A stretch of 64,000 nt of DNA from Balanoglossus misakiensis (taxonomy: Eukaryota > Animalia > Hemichordata): assembly GCA_040954595.2 (NCBI GenBank), contig CM082579.2, forward strand, positions 16,034,550-16,098,549. The letters are read 5' to 3'. The translations under genes and the position numbers were made by a program. Below, one piece after another: positions 12,652 to 23,400 of the stretch. Under the pieces are notes generated by a model. That model did not search any database and was not told the origin of the DNA. It saw only the letters and a list, made by a program, of their open reading frames with translations. The stretch's first letter is position 1. Every line of letters starts with the position of its first letter.

Positions 12652-15385
12652 ACGGGTAGAGATACTTTCCACACGGGTTTCCTAACATTGACTTCCCGTT
12701 CATCAACTCAGATTTCCTACAGCATAAGTCGGCTAAAACCCTGACACTCTAGAGCAGAAACAGTTGCACACTGGAAACGTTGAACAAGTCGATTTTTCTA
12801 CGGCCTGGCTCGGCTAAATCTCCGTCACAATATGACAGACACTAGCGTACGTTAGCAACGGTGATCAAGTCAGATTTTCTACGGCATGGCTTGGATAAAG
12901 CCCCGGCACTCTAGAGCAGAAACACGCGTACAGAGACCACGTTGATCAAGTCTGATCTCCTACGGCTTGGCTCGACTAAAACCCCGGCACACTATGACAG
13001 ACACTAGCGTTCGTTAGCAACGTTGATCAAGTCAGATTTCCTACGGAATGGCCTGGCTAAAGCCCTGGCACTCTAGAGCAGAAACACGCGTACAAAAACC
13101 ACGTTGATCTACTCACATTTCCTTCGGCCTGGCACGGCTGATGCCCAGGCACTATATATAGGACACAGACTGGCGTAAGTTAACAACGGTAATCACGTCG
13201 GGTTTCCTACGGCCTGGCTCAGCTGAAGCCCCGGCGCTCTAGAGCAGAAACAGGCGTACATTGACCACGTTGATCAAGTCAGATTTCCTACGGCGTGACT
13301 CGGCTGGTGCACCGGCTCTATATGACACAGACTGGCGTAAGTTATCAACGGTGATTACGTCGGATTTCCTTCGACCTGGTTTAGCTGAAGCCCCGGCACT
13401 TTAGAGCGGAAACACGCGTACATTGACCACGATGATCAAGTCAGATCTCCTACGGCCTGGCTCGACTAAAACCCCGGCACACCATGACAGACACTAGCGT
13501 TCGTTAGCAACCGTGATCAAGTCGGATTTCCTTCGGCCTGGCTCTGCAAAAGACCCGACACTCTAGTACAAAGACGTTGGCTAAGTCGGGCAAACCGAAC
13601 AGGGAAAGTCACAGCGGGTCAACACTCGACATTTGTTCCGGTAGGACTGCATTATTGCCTGTCAATTTATAGAGAAAGCCCGAATTTAACCAGGGCGTTT
13701 CAAACACCGACGTTAGTTGGGGGCACGGCCTGCAGTACTGCCGGGTAAGCTGACATCAGCGTACCGCATATAATGTAGGGGGGGGGGGGGACAGAACGGT
13801 TAAATACTACATTTATCAGATATCAGCTAATTTTGGACAATCATCTAAAATGTAAATCATCTTTTCATATTTGGATATCTGATGATGTATGACATTTCCA
13901 TTATATGTAAAAATGGTGCTGATTATAAAAATGCACTCTGAATGAGCTGATTTAATGCAAAATTGCGTTTTATTCGTTTTTGCACCAAAAAGGTCATTTT
14001 TAGGCAAAACATTCTTTATTTTTTTAATTCGGTGACCTGATCATATATAAACAATTGCTTGTATGTTAAAAGTTTTTATGACTTTTAAAAGCAGTGACAC
14101 TGGCGGCATTCAACACGAAAATAACAATTTTAGCCACAATTTGGTCAAAATGGTAAATTTTTGAAAATTACAAAAAAATACCTGTTTTCTACATTTTCGG
14201 AAATCTGATGGAGTATAGAATGCTCTTCGTATGTATATATCGATACAAATTCCACAAAAGACCGTCTAATTTGGCTCACTGCAGACAAAATTGCGTTTTA
14301 CAAAATTTTCCTTGAAAATGTCATTTTTAGAAGAAAAAAAATAAAAAAACCTTTTATCTTCGAATTTGGTGCCCTGATCATATATGACATGTTGATTGTA
14401 TGTTAAAACTTTCGACCACTCCAAAAATGCAGAGATATTGACGGAATTCAAGAAATAATAGCCATTTTGGCCATATTTTGACAAAAATGGTAAATTTTTA
14501 AAAAAATCATAAAAAATTAACTCTTTTCTTCATTTTCGGAAATATTATGGAGCATGAAGTGTCGTTCTCTTGTAAAAAGTGCTGCAAATTCCAGAAAAGG
14601 CGGTATAATATGAATCACCCAAGACAAAATTACCATTTTCGAATTTTTTTCGAAAAATTGTCTTTTTTACAAAATAAATAAGAATAAATTCTTTTCTTAG
14701 TTTCAAACGGGTAGAGATACATTCCACAAGGGTTTTCTAACATTGAATTCCCGTGCATCAACTCAGATTTCCTACAGCATAAGTCGGCTAAAACCCTGAG
14801 ACTTTAGAGCAGAAACAGTTGCACACTGGTAACGTTGAACAAGTCGATTTTTCTACGGCCTGGCTCGGCTAAATCTCCGTCACAATATGACAGACACTAT
14901 CGTACGTTAGCAACGGTGATCAAGTCAGATTTTCTACGGCATGGCTTGGATAAAGCCCCGGCACTCTAGAGCAGAAACACGCGTACAGAGACCACGTTGA
15001 TCTACTCACATTTCCTTCGGCCTGACACGGCTGATGCCCCGGCACTATATATAGGACACAGACTGGCGTAAGTTAACAACGGTAATCACGTCGGGTTTCC
15101 TACGGCCTGGCTCAGCTGAAGCCCCGGCGCTCTAGAGCAGAAACAGGCGTACATTGACCACGTTGATCAAGTCAGATTTCCTACGGCGTGACTCGGCTGG
15201 TGCACCGGCTCTATATGACACAGACTGGCGTAAGTTATCAACGATGATTACGTCGGATTTCCTACGGCCTGGTTTAGCTGAAGCCCCGGCACTTTAGAGC
15301 GGAAACACGCGTACATTGACCACGATGATCAAGTCAGATCTCCTACGGCCTGGCTCGACTAAAACCCCGGCACACCATGACAGAC
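12652..15385. repeat. Macrosatellite segment between the two left transposon ends
   Basis: Copy of 5184-7915. Confidence 0.95.
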
Positions 15386-15610
15386 TATGGAAAGCCGTTG
15401 GGGACCCCCGACAACTTCTCTCAATACATGGGTAAAGTCCATAGACAAATGATAGGAACGCATATGCTGAAAATATGACGCACATTGGGTGCCGACGCCG
15501 TAATCTAAAATGCCGGTAACAACCAAATTTTTGCCGACACCTTTACTCAATCTACCGGCGCCGACAAAATCACAACCGGTGATTTGATGAGTTCTCGCAT
15601 CGGCGTTTCT
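15386..15610 (+). repeat. Left TIR (225 bp)
   Basis: Reverse complement of 41081-41305. Confidence 0.95.
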
Positions 15611-15946
15611 ACAGAGTTGTCGCATCGGCGTTTCAGCTAGAGTTTTCTCGCACCGGCATTCTACACATGCGCATTGGCGTTTCAGCTAAAGAGTTTTCTC
15701 GCATCGGCGTTTCTGGAGAGTTTTGTCGCACCGGCATTCTACACATGCGCATTGGCGTTTCAGCTAAAGAGTTTTCTCGCATCGGCGTTTCTGGAGAGTT
15801 TTGTCGCGCCGGCATTCTACACATGCGCATTGGCGTTTCAGCTAAAGAGTTTTCTCGCATCGGCGTTTCTGGAGAGTTTTGTCGCGCCGGCATTCTACAC
15901 ATGCGCATTGGCGTTTCAGCTAAAGAGTTTTCTCGCATCGGCGTTT
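15590..15946. repeat. Left subterminal array (78-bp period)
   Basis: About 4 copies. The same modules appear inverted at 40866-41100. Confidence 0.92.
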
Positions 15947-15954
15947 TCTCTGAT

Positions 15955-16020
15955 TTTCTGAGCATGCGCAGTCACCACTGCAAACAGAACTTGTGGAGCG
16001 AAGTTGTAGTGAAGGTAAGA
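15955..16020 (+). promoter_or_regulatory. Putative inward promoter and non-coding first exon (donor GAAG|GTAAGA at 16014/16015)
   Basis: An NRF1-like GCATGCGCA at 15962-15970 is followed by a consensus donor site. There is a copy at 8544. Confidence 0.45.
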
Positions 16021-17322
16021 ACAGTTATGTTCGTTTGCTAGTCTTTTCCGCTAGTTTCCTGCGAATCCACTGTCTCGTCTGTGTTATCTTTTTTAATTTA
16101 CTGTTTCCTAAACTCTTTTCGTGAACAAATTCTCTGGTTAGTTTACGTATTTCAGCCGATCATCCACAGAGAAAGTTCTCAACTTGAAATGATTGCTATT
16201 GATATGCTAATATGGCGCTCGCACGAAGTTAACTGAATGTCCATTTTGGGTGAGGGTCAGAGTTCGCTGGCTGGCTGTGTGGAAATCTAACTGGTACTCC
16301 TTGGAAAAGTGGCTGCAATTTGTAAACGGACAAGAAATTTTGTTCAGGAATTTAGTTTGGGAACAGAAAATAGTCAGTTCAGGGAGGTATAGGTCATTTT
16401 TTACTGTTCAAATGTTAACCCAAGTTGGGTTCCTGTTGGGAGTCCATAGCTGTTTGTTTTATGAGCCTACAGATAGTGAAACTGATAGTGACACAGCTGA
16501 AAAAACATGGGTTGATTACATTATTGGTTGGTTTCTATGGACACCTGCATTTCAATTAGATGTGGTGTTCTTGTTTTCATGTATAATGTTTGCACCTAAA
16601 GTGGTAAATTTAGGAACAAGTCTGCAGACCTTTTTCAGCAACAGTCAAAACGCAACTGTGTCATAATAATGCACTGGAATATGTTGAAAAGCTGAAAAAA
16701 AGAGAGTTCAACATAATTTAGAAAAGAACAAAAAGAAATGTAACAGATGATATACACTGTCATGGAATCTCCATGAATTTGATTGAACTCTTTATTTGAA
16801 CTTTGACTTTTCTTTCTAATGACATTCATGTAAATTTACATGATTTATTCCGATTTACCAACCAATTTATAAACTGTAATTTTACATTTTTTCACTATAA
16901 TGCCCCAATTTCGACTATGATATTTCACATTTGAATAAGGTATGATAAAATAAACAACTTTTGACAGTTAAGTTTACTACAGAAATTAAAAGAAACTTCA
17001 TCAAGAAGTCGCCAGATTTCATAACCGTTCATAGATTTCTGTCTGGGACAAATATAACCCAATTTGTTTCCATGTTTATTTGTTTTTCTAGTTTTGATGC
17101 AATAAGCCTGTTGTATATGTAATACTTGTCTGTGCAATTTTTGAGAACAATTAGAATTTCCTACCAAAATGGTAATAAACTGATAAAATGAACAATCTAA
17201 CAATTCAGATATTTTCCAATATAATTAGGATACAGTTAGGCCCTGAGCTATTCAGTTTGTGTCGATATACAACTAAACTGATACAATACTGGTGTTATAC
17301 CTTTGTTACACTTGCAGACATC

Positions 17323-18609
17323 ATGTTACTGGCCCAAAAATTGCAAACTTCATATAGAAACCAAGACACTGTAGCAAATGATGTCATCCTTCGCTTCAGA
17401 GATGGTCAGACGAGAAGGGCCCATTCATTGGTGTTGTGTCTTTTTTCGGATGTGTTTGCCGCCCGTTTGCATTCGGAATGGGCCAACGACAAAACCATTG
17501 ATTGTTCTGACTTTGATCCCTTACTCATGCAAAATGTCATTGATGATTTTTATTTTGAAAAGTTAAATATTACAAGTGAAAATGTTGAAGATTATGTGGA
17601 GATATGTAACTTTTACATGATAAATTCTTTAAAAGAGAAATGTGAATCATTTTTAATTTCCAACATTGTAACTTCCCGCAGTATTAGAGACCTTGTATTT
17701 TGTCAGAAATACCAGTTAGATAGTACTTTTGAACACTGTCTGTCAATAATTGATCAGAATGGTGTTAAACTGTTTAATTCTGAGCAAGTTTTGGAAGATT
17801 TTCTTCAACTTCCTGAAAGCATAGTTGTAAAAATAATTCAGCGTCAGACGCTTTCGGTAAAGGAAGACACACTTTTGAATGCATTGTTTTTATGGGTGGA
17901 AAGGAAACTTCAGGGTGTCAATGGCAATGATATGGATGCCCCCTTTTGTTTTGAGCCATTTCTTCCCCACATCCGTTTCTTGTCGTTAAGTGAAGAAAGT
18001 ATTCATCGACTAATTTCTGAACAAATTTTGTGTTATGAAGATGTCTTCCAGATATTAAAAGCAGTTCGACATCCTGGATGCAATTTTCCTGTTCCTGGTT
18101 ATGTGGATGTAATCACAAGAAATGTGGTTCTAAATAATGCCATTGTGGCGCGGCGTTTCATCAATGAAAAAAATCCAAACACATGGAAAGGAAACCAATT
18201 TGAGGGTGACAGGATTTCCTTTTCAATGGATGTTCCTGTCTCACTGCTAGGTGTTTATGTGTTTGGAAATACGGATGAAAGTGTCCATGCTCATGTCACA
18301 ATATTAAATCATCAACAAGCTGTTGTGTACAATACAGAAGCCTCAAACACTTCCCCCCAGATTACCTTTCCTGTTGTCTTCAGTAAGCTGATTAAAATCC
18401 AACCCAATGTAGATTATTCAGTTGTCTGTCAAATCAGAGGAAATAAAGAAACATCATTCGGGTCATGTGGGATCTCTCGCCGAAGAATCACAACATTAAA
18501 AAGTACTGATTTCTGGGTGACATTTAAAAATTTCAGTATGCAAGGTCTGAGCAATGGCACAGATGTCAGTCAGGGGCAAATCTCATCACTAATATTCTTT
18601 GATATATAA
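17323..18609 (+). CDS. BTB/POZ-BACK-PHR domain protein (BTBD1/2/3/6-like), intronless CDS, copy 2
   Basis: Same protein as copy 1. Acceptor ttgcag at 17317, ATG at 17323, and TAA overlapping AATAAA. Confidence 0.88.
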   Translation: MLLAQKLQTSYRNQDTVANDVILRFRDGQTRRAHSLVLCLFSDVFAARLHSEWANDKTIDCSDFDPLLMQNVIDDFYFEKLNITSENVEDYVEICNFYMINSLKEKCESFLISNIVTSRSIRDLVFCQKYQLDSTFEHCLSIIDQNGVKLFNSEQVLEDFLQLPESIVVKIIQRQTLSVKEDTLLNALFLWVERKLQGVNGNDMDAPFCFEPFLPHIRFLSLSEESIHRLISEQILCYEDVFQILKAVRHPGCNFPVPGYVDVITRNVVLNNAIVARRFINEKNPNTWKGNQFEGDRISFSMDVPVSLLGVYVFGNTDESVHAHVTILNHQQAVVYNTEASNTSPQITFPVVFSKLIKIQPNVDYSVVCQIRGNKETSFGSCGISRRRITTLKSTDFWVTFKNFSMQGLSNGTDVSQGQISSLIFFDI

Positions 18610-20426
18610 ATAAAGGTGTTGTTTGGCAGGACATGGTGTATTGGTTTCTGGCACCCATCTTGACTGAAAGAATTTTGATGAAATCAATTTGTAATTCTTG
18701 AGGGATGATATGTGTTTTACCAGGTCCCATTTGGTATATGCATATATACCATTGGAACCTTATGGGATTGGTTGCGTCTGTAATAGTATTTATCAGAAAT
18801 TTCATTTGAGGGTGTGCATCAGATGTAGTTTCCTTGATTTTGTTTTTCAAATCAAGGGGAAGAAATCAATTGTATATTTTTGGGATGATTTAGGACATTC
18901 TTGGTCAACAAATATTTCTCAAAAGCCTCTACCCTGATTGCTTTGAAATTTGCAGACCCTTTAATGAAAGTGTAGATTTCGTATTCTTGTGGCTGTTTTT
19001 TCCATTTTTGGCACAAAAATCAATTTCTCTGAAACGGGTTGTCCATCCAATTGCTTTGCAATTTACTAAATGTAGTTTCCTTTGGGGATTGTTATTATGA
19101 TATATCAAAATTATAGTGAAAATGAAAATCTTGTATTTTTGTATTATGTTTTCTAGGTTTCCATGTATTAGTTGATATCAGAAAGTTTTCAATTGATTTC
19201 TGTAAAATTTGAGTTGTGAGTCAACGGGATGTGCTCCTTTATAATTATAATGGGATCAAATCAAAGTAAAATTTGAATTGTTGTATTTTATGACATTTTG
19301 TCTTATACATTTACCACAATTTTTTTTATCTCAAGCAGAAAAATATCCTGAACATTGTTCTTTGCAAGTTAGATGAAATCCCCTAATGAGTTTTTTTACA
19401 CAGAAAATGTCTACATGTTTATATAACTTAGCCCATCTGTCAAGAGACAGTTCTATTTGCTGTTCTATTTGGTGTGTGCACAGTACACATGCCATTGGCA
19501 GCTCACGAGTCAGTCAATGGCCAGTCAGTGTTTGCCTGTTGATCTGTGTGTGTGTATTCTGGTGAAAACCTTTCCTTCCGTAATCCTTAAACGGGACCAC
19601 ACTGTCCTTGACGGTATTTTTCTCTTTGATTCTGAAATTGTCATGATAATTCCAGGCCCTTACACTATAGGCACTTTGCAAATGTTAGCAGCTGAGTTAT
19701 CGAACCCTATCAAAATACCTAAACTGTTTCTTTTGCTACTTACAACATATGTCTGTGACAAATACTGCTTCATCATTTTATTATATAAATGCTCAATTGC
19801 AACACTGATTTGAGAGAAATGTATCTTGGCTTATTTTATAGTTCTGTAAATAATTTCCAAGTACATGTAGTACTGTTGACAAAATTTGATTAACTACTGC
19901 TTTATACTGTCATGGGCACCAACTCCGTCAATTATATGTGATTGAACTGCCAGTATGAACTCTCATAAACCGCCACATTTCCACTCCACTATGACCAATT
20001 GATCTGAGTGAAACGGCGTCGCAATGAAATTTGGACTGTCATAAGCCACATATCACATGTAAGCAATATGGATGATTTCAATGCTTCTTTATGCTTTGTA
20101 TTGTGTAAAGCTCTGTTGTGTCAGCTAGTTTCTGGTTTGAGTCTAGTCATGGATTTCATTGTCAATACATGATGCGATTGCTGTTATCATAGAAAATAGA
20201 GTTCAAGTCAACAACAGCCTTTAAACATATGCATACTGTGTCTTCTAGCAGAATACTTGGTGTATAAAAGCACTTTTGACAACTTGTATGGCATTTATAT
20301 TCTACTGGGTGTATCAACTAATAGTTTGTTCTATTGGCGGCAGCATGTAGAAATGTTCAGTGTTGCCAGTAGGAGATGAGGTACAACAGATAGTTATTTT
20401 ATGTTATGCTTTTAATATCATTTCAG

Positions 20427-23400
20427 ATGTATAAGAGAAAAGAAGACCTGACCAAAGGTAAATGTGAAATGTACTGTAAATGTAGGAAGATACTTTTTCC
20501 CTTGGAAATTTTGCACTCGTCAATTTGGATAATTCACAAAAATTGTTTTCTAGAATTCGTATTTTTCAGCACAGTTGCTTTCTCACTTGATGCCTATGGA
20601 ATATCCAACTCATTGAAAAAAGTGCAAGTGTTCAAACAATTTAAGTAACACTTAATGTTTTTTATCCCTTGAAAGAGAGTCAAGAAGCATTGGGGCGACT
20701 AGCCGAACAGTTTCAGATGAAAGAGGCTGAAGTAAAATCAAAGAGACTGAAGCGATCTGTTCCAAAGCCACCAGAACAACAGGTAGGAATTGCAATCCAA
20801 ATGATACATACATGAAGAAAGATAAGAACTGCCTTTCTTGAAGTATTTTGGGAAGTTTTTAGTCCCCCCCCCCCACCACTAACCTTTTTGTATTTTGTCT
20901 ACACTTTTGTTTTCTTTCCATTCTACACCCAATAGCATGATGAATTGCCCAGTACATGTATTTAATTTCTCATCATCTAATTTACAGACAAGGTAAACAT
21001 TCTAGACACTGGTAATTTCATCATGCTTTAGGGAATAGAATAGAAGTGTAGAGTATACATACACAGGAAAGTATAGACCAAGGTTATGTACAGTTCAGCC
21101 TTTAAGCATTATACGTAATTGCTAGGAGTTATAACACATGTTTTCTTCATATCCATGCAATGTACAAGTCTTTTCCTTGTTAGTTATTTCCTGATTTTAT
21201 GAAAATTTAAGTTTATATTCATGCCATTTTACATACATTTATTAAAATTTTGATGTTTACCCTATTTTGTAACATTTTCATTCAGGTGTTTAATGTTACA
21301 CCACTGATAAAAGACAGTAAAGGAGTTCTAAAGAAAATGGGGGCAGTACTACCATCAGCTGTCGGCAGAAAAAGTCAGGTGGCCATTACCGTGGACAGTG
21401 GCTCAAATGCCATGCACTGGGCCCAGAGTGTATCGGCACACTTCATCGACGTGGATTTTGTACCTTATGAGATGAATGACATAGGAGTGTTCATAAGGAT
21501 GAAGGACCCAATGAATTTCCAATTAAAAGATCTGAAGGCAAAATACAAAAGTATGAAGGCGAAGACAGACAAGTTGCCAGTCTTCATGTTTGCAGTTGGG
21601 CAGAGTGAGTAAATCATGTCTATTTACATTGTCACAAGTTGTGTCAAGTATTTAACTGGATAAATTGAAAGGTTGTTTTTTTTCTTTGTGCCCGTTTCGT
21701 GTTGGATTATCCAGGTTAAAAAGTCATGGTAGTTTTTTATTATTCACTTGCTTCTTTTTAAACAAAAACAGACAAAAATAGAAGTGGCAGAACTTGTTTT
21801 GTTGGAAGAAAAGCGCCATTTCTGTCATTGTCACATGACTGGGCAGACCCCATTATCCAGTGGGTATCATTGGCATGGTGGACTTTATGGTTGGTATATT
21901 CATGCTATCATGCAATTATGCAAAGCCTGGCATGAACATAACAAATTCAACAAATGCCATTTTAGACATGTATTTGCAAAATTGCAGGATAGTGGTACCT
22001 GTCTGGTCATGTGACAATGGCCCAAGTATGGGCACTTTTATTCCAACAATGCTACCTCCAAGTTCCACCACTTTGATTGTGTAAGTGCACAGGTGCATTA
22101 TACTTGATTAACTTGATTATCTGACTCAAAGGTTGCACTAAAAAAGTTTCAGCCTTGTCTATCAGTGACCCCTTAAGGCAAAGTCTCTCTCTGCTTCTTG
22201 CTGCTTTTTTACATTAATTATGTTTGATACAAGATATTGTTTGTGTTATTAGGTCCCATTGGTATAGGCCTATATACCATGGGACCTTATGGGATGGGTT
22301 GTGTCTGTATGGATGTATGTATGTATGTCTGTATGTCCGTCCACATCAAAAACTTGAAAAACCGCTGCGCGTATCACCTTGATATTTGGTGTGCAGATGC
22401 AGGCAGGGCTGTAGATGGGAGTTTGTCCAAACGAAGTTGCCAGGCCCAAAAATATGCAAATTAGCCAGTAAAATGTGAAATTTATCAAAACTCTGAAAGT
22501 CAACAACTACTGCTCAGATTGCTTTAAAAATTGGTATGCATGTACCTTATGTCAACCTCACATCGACCTGTAAGTGTTAAGTTAATATCATGGATGTTTT
22601 ATTTTTTATGAATTTTTTAGTCTTTTTATTAAATTTATACCTTTACTTATACCTCTATGGTTAAGCTATGTCCACGTCTTATTGTGGAGTTCTGGTCTGT
22701 GCAATAGTCCTGTACAGTGACTGTCTATTGGTCAGTGAGCACAATGGGGCCAAAATAAAAGGCAAATTTTTGGGCTCACCTGTAACACCTGCTTAACACA
22801 TTAATTATGTGCATACCTAATTCCAGGCTAACCAATAAGGCTATAGGTTTGGTTTTTATTGAACATGGACCAGTATAAGGTCAAAATTTCTTGCCCAAAT
22901 TTTGCATGACCTCAGGTGACCTTTGACCTACTTTATCATATCTTGGCATCCAGAGCAGGTAGAGACTTCGCGTTTGGAGGGTTGGGACTAAAATTGAAAA
23001 GCCAAAATTGGGGGTCACCTGTGACACTTGCATATCTCATTAATTATGTGCATACCTAATTCCAGGCTAACCAATAGGGCTATAGGTTTGGTTTTTGTTG
23101 AACATGGACCAGTATAGGGTCAACATTTTATGCCCAAATTTTGCATGACCTCAGGTGACCTTTGACCTACTTTTCCATATCTTGGCATCCAGAGCAGATG
23201 TGCTTATTGCTATGTTGCTATGTTTTTACATGTAGACATACAGCGAATCAACATTCGACCACACACAACTTCCATTTCACTTGTATGATGATATGAGAAT
23301 AAAAACTCGCCCCAAATGAAAAAATGGTAGAGGAATATTATTCATTTTGGCGATGTTTTTTCACTCATGTCTTCAAGCCGAATGGAAGGTGTGTGTGGTT

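Larger units (their letters stand above)
12652..20121 (+). repeat. Tandem segmental duplication, copy 2 (continues into the full element)
   Basis: Matches 5184-12651. The differences I noticed are G-run length (11 vs 13 G) and T/C at 12162/19632. The sequence continues as unique DNA at 20122. Confidence 0.95.
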
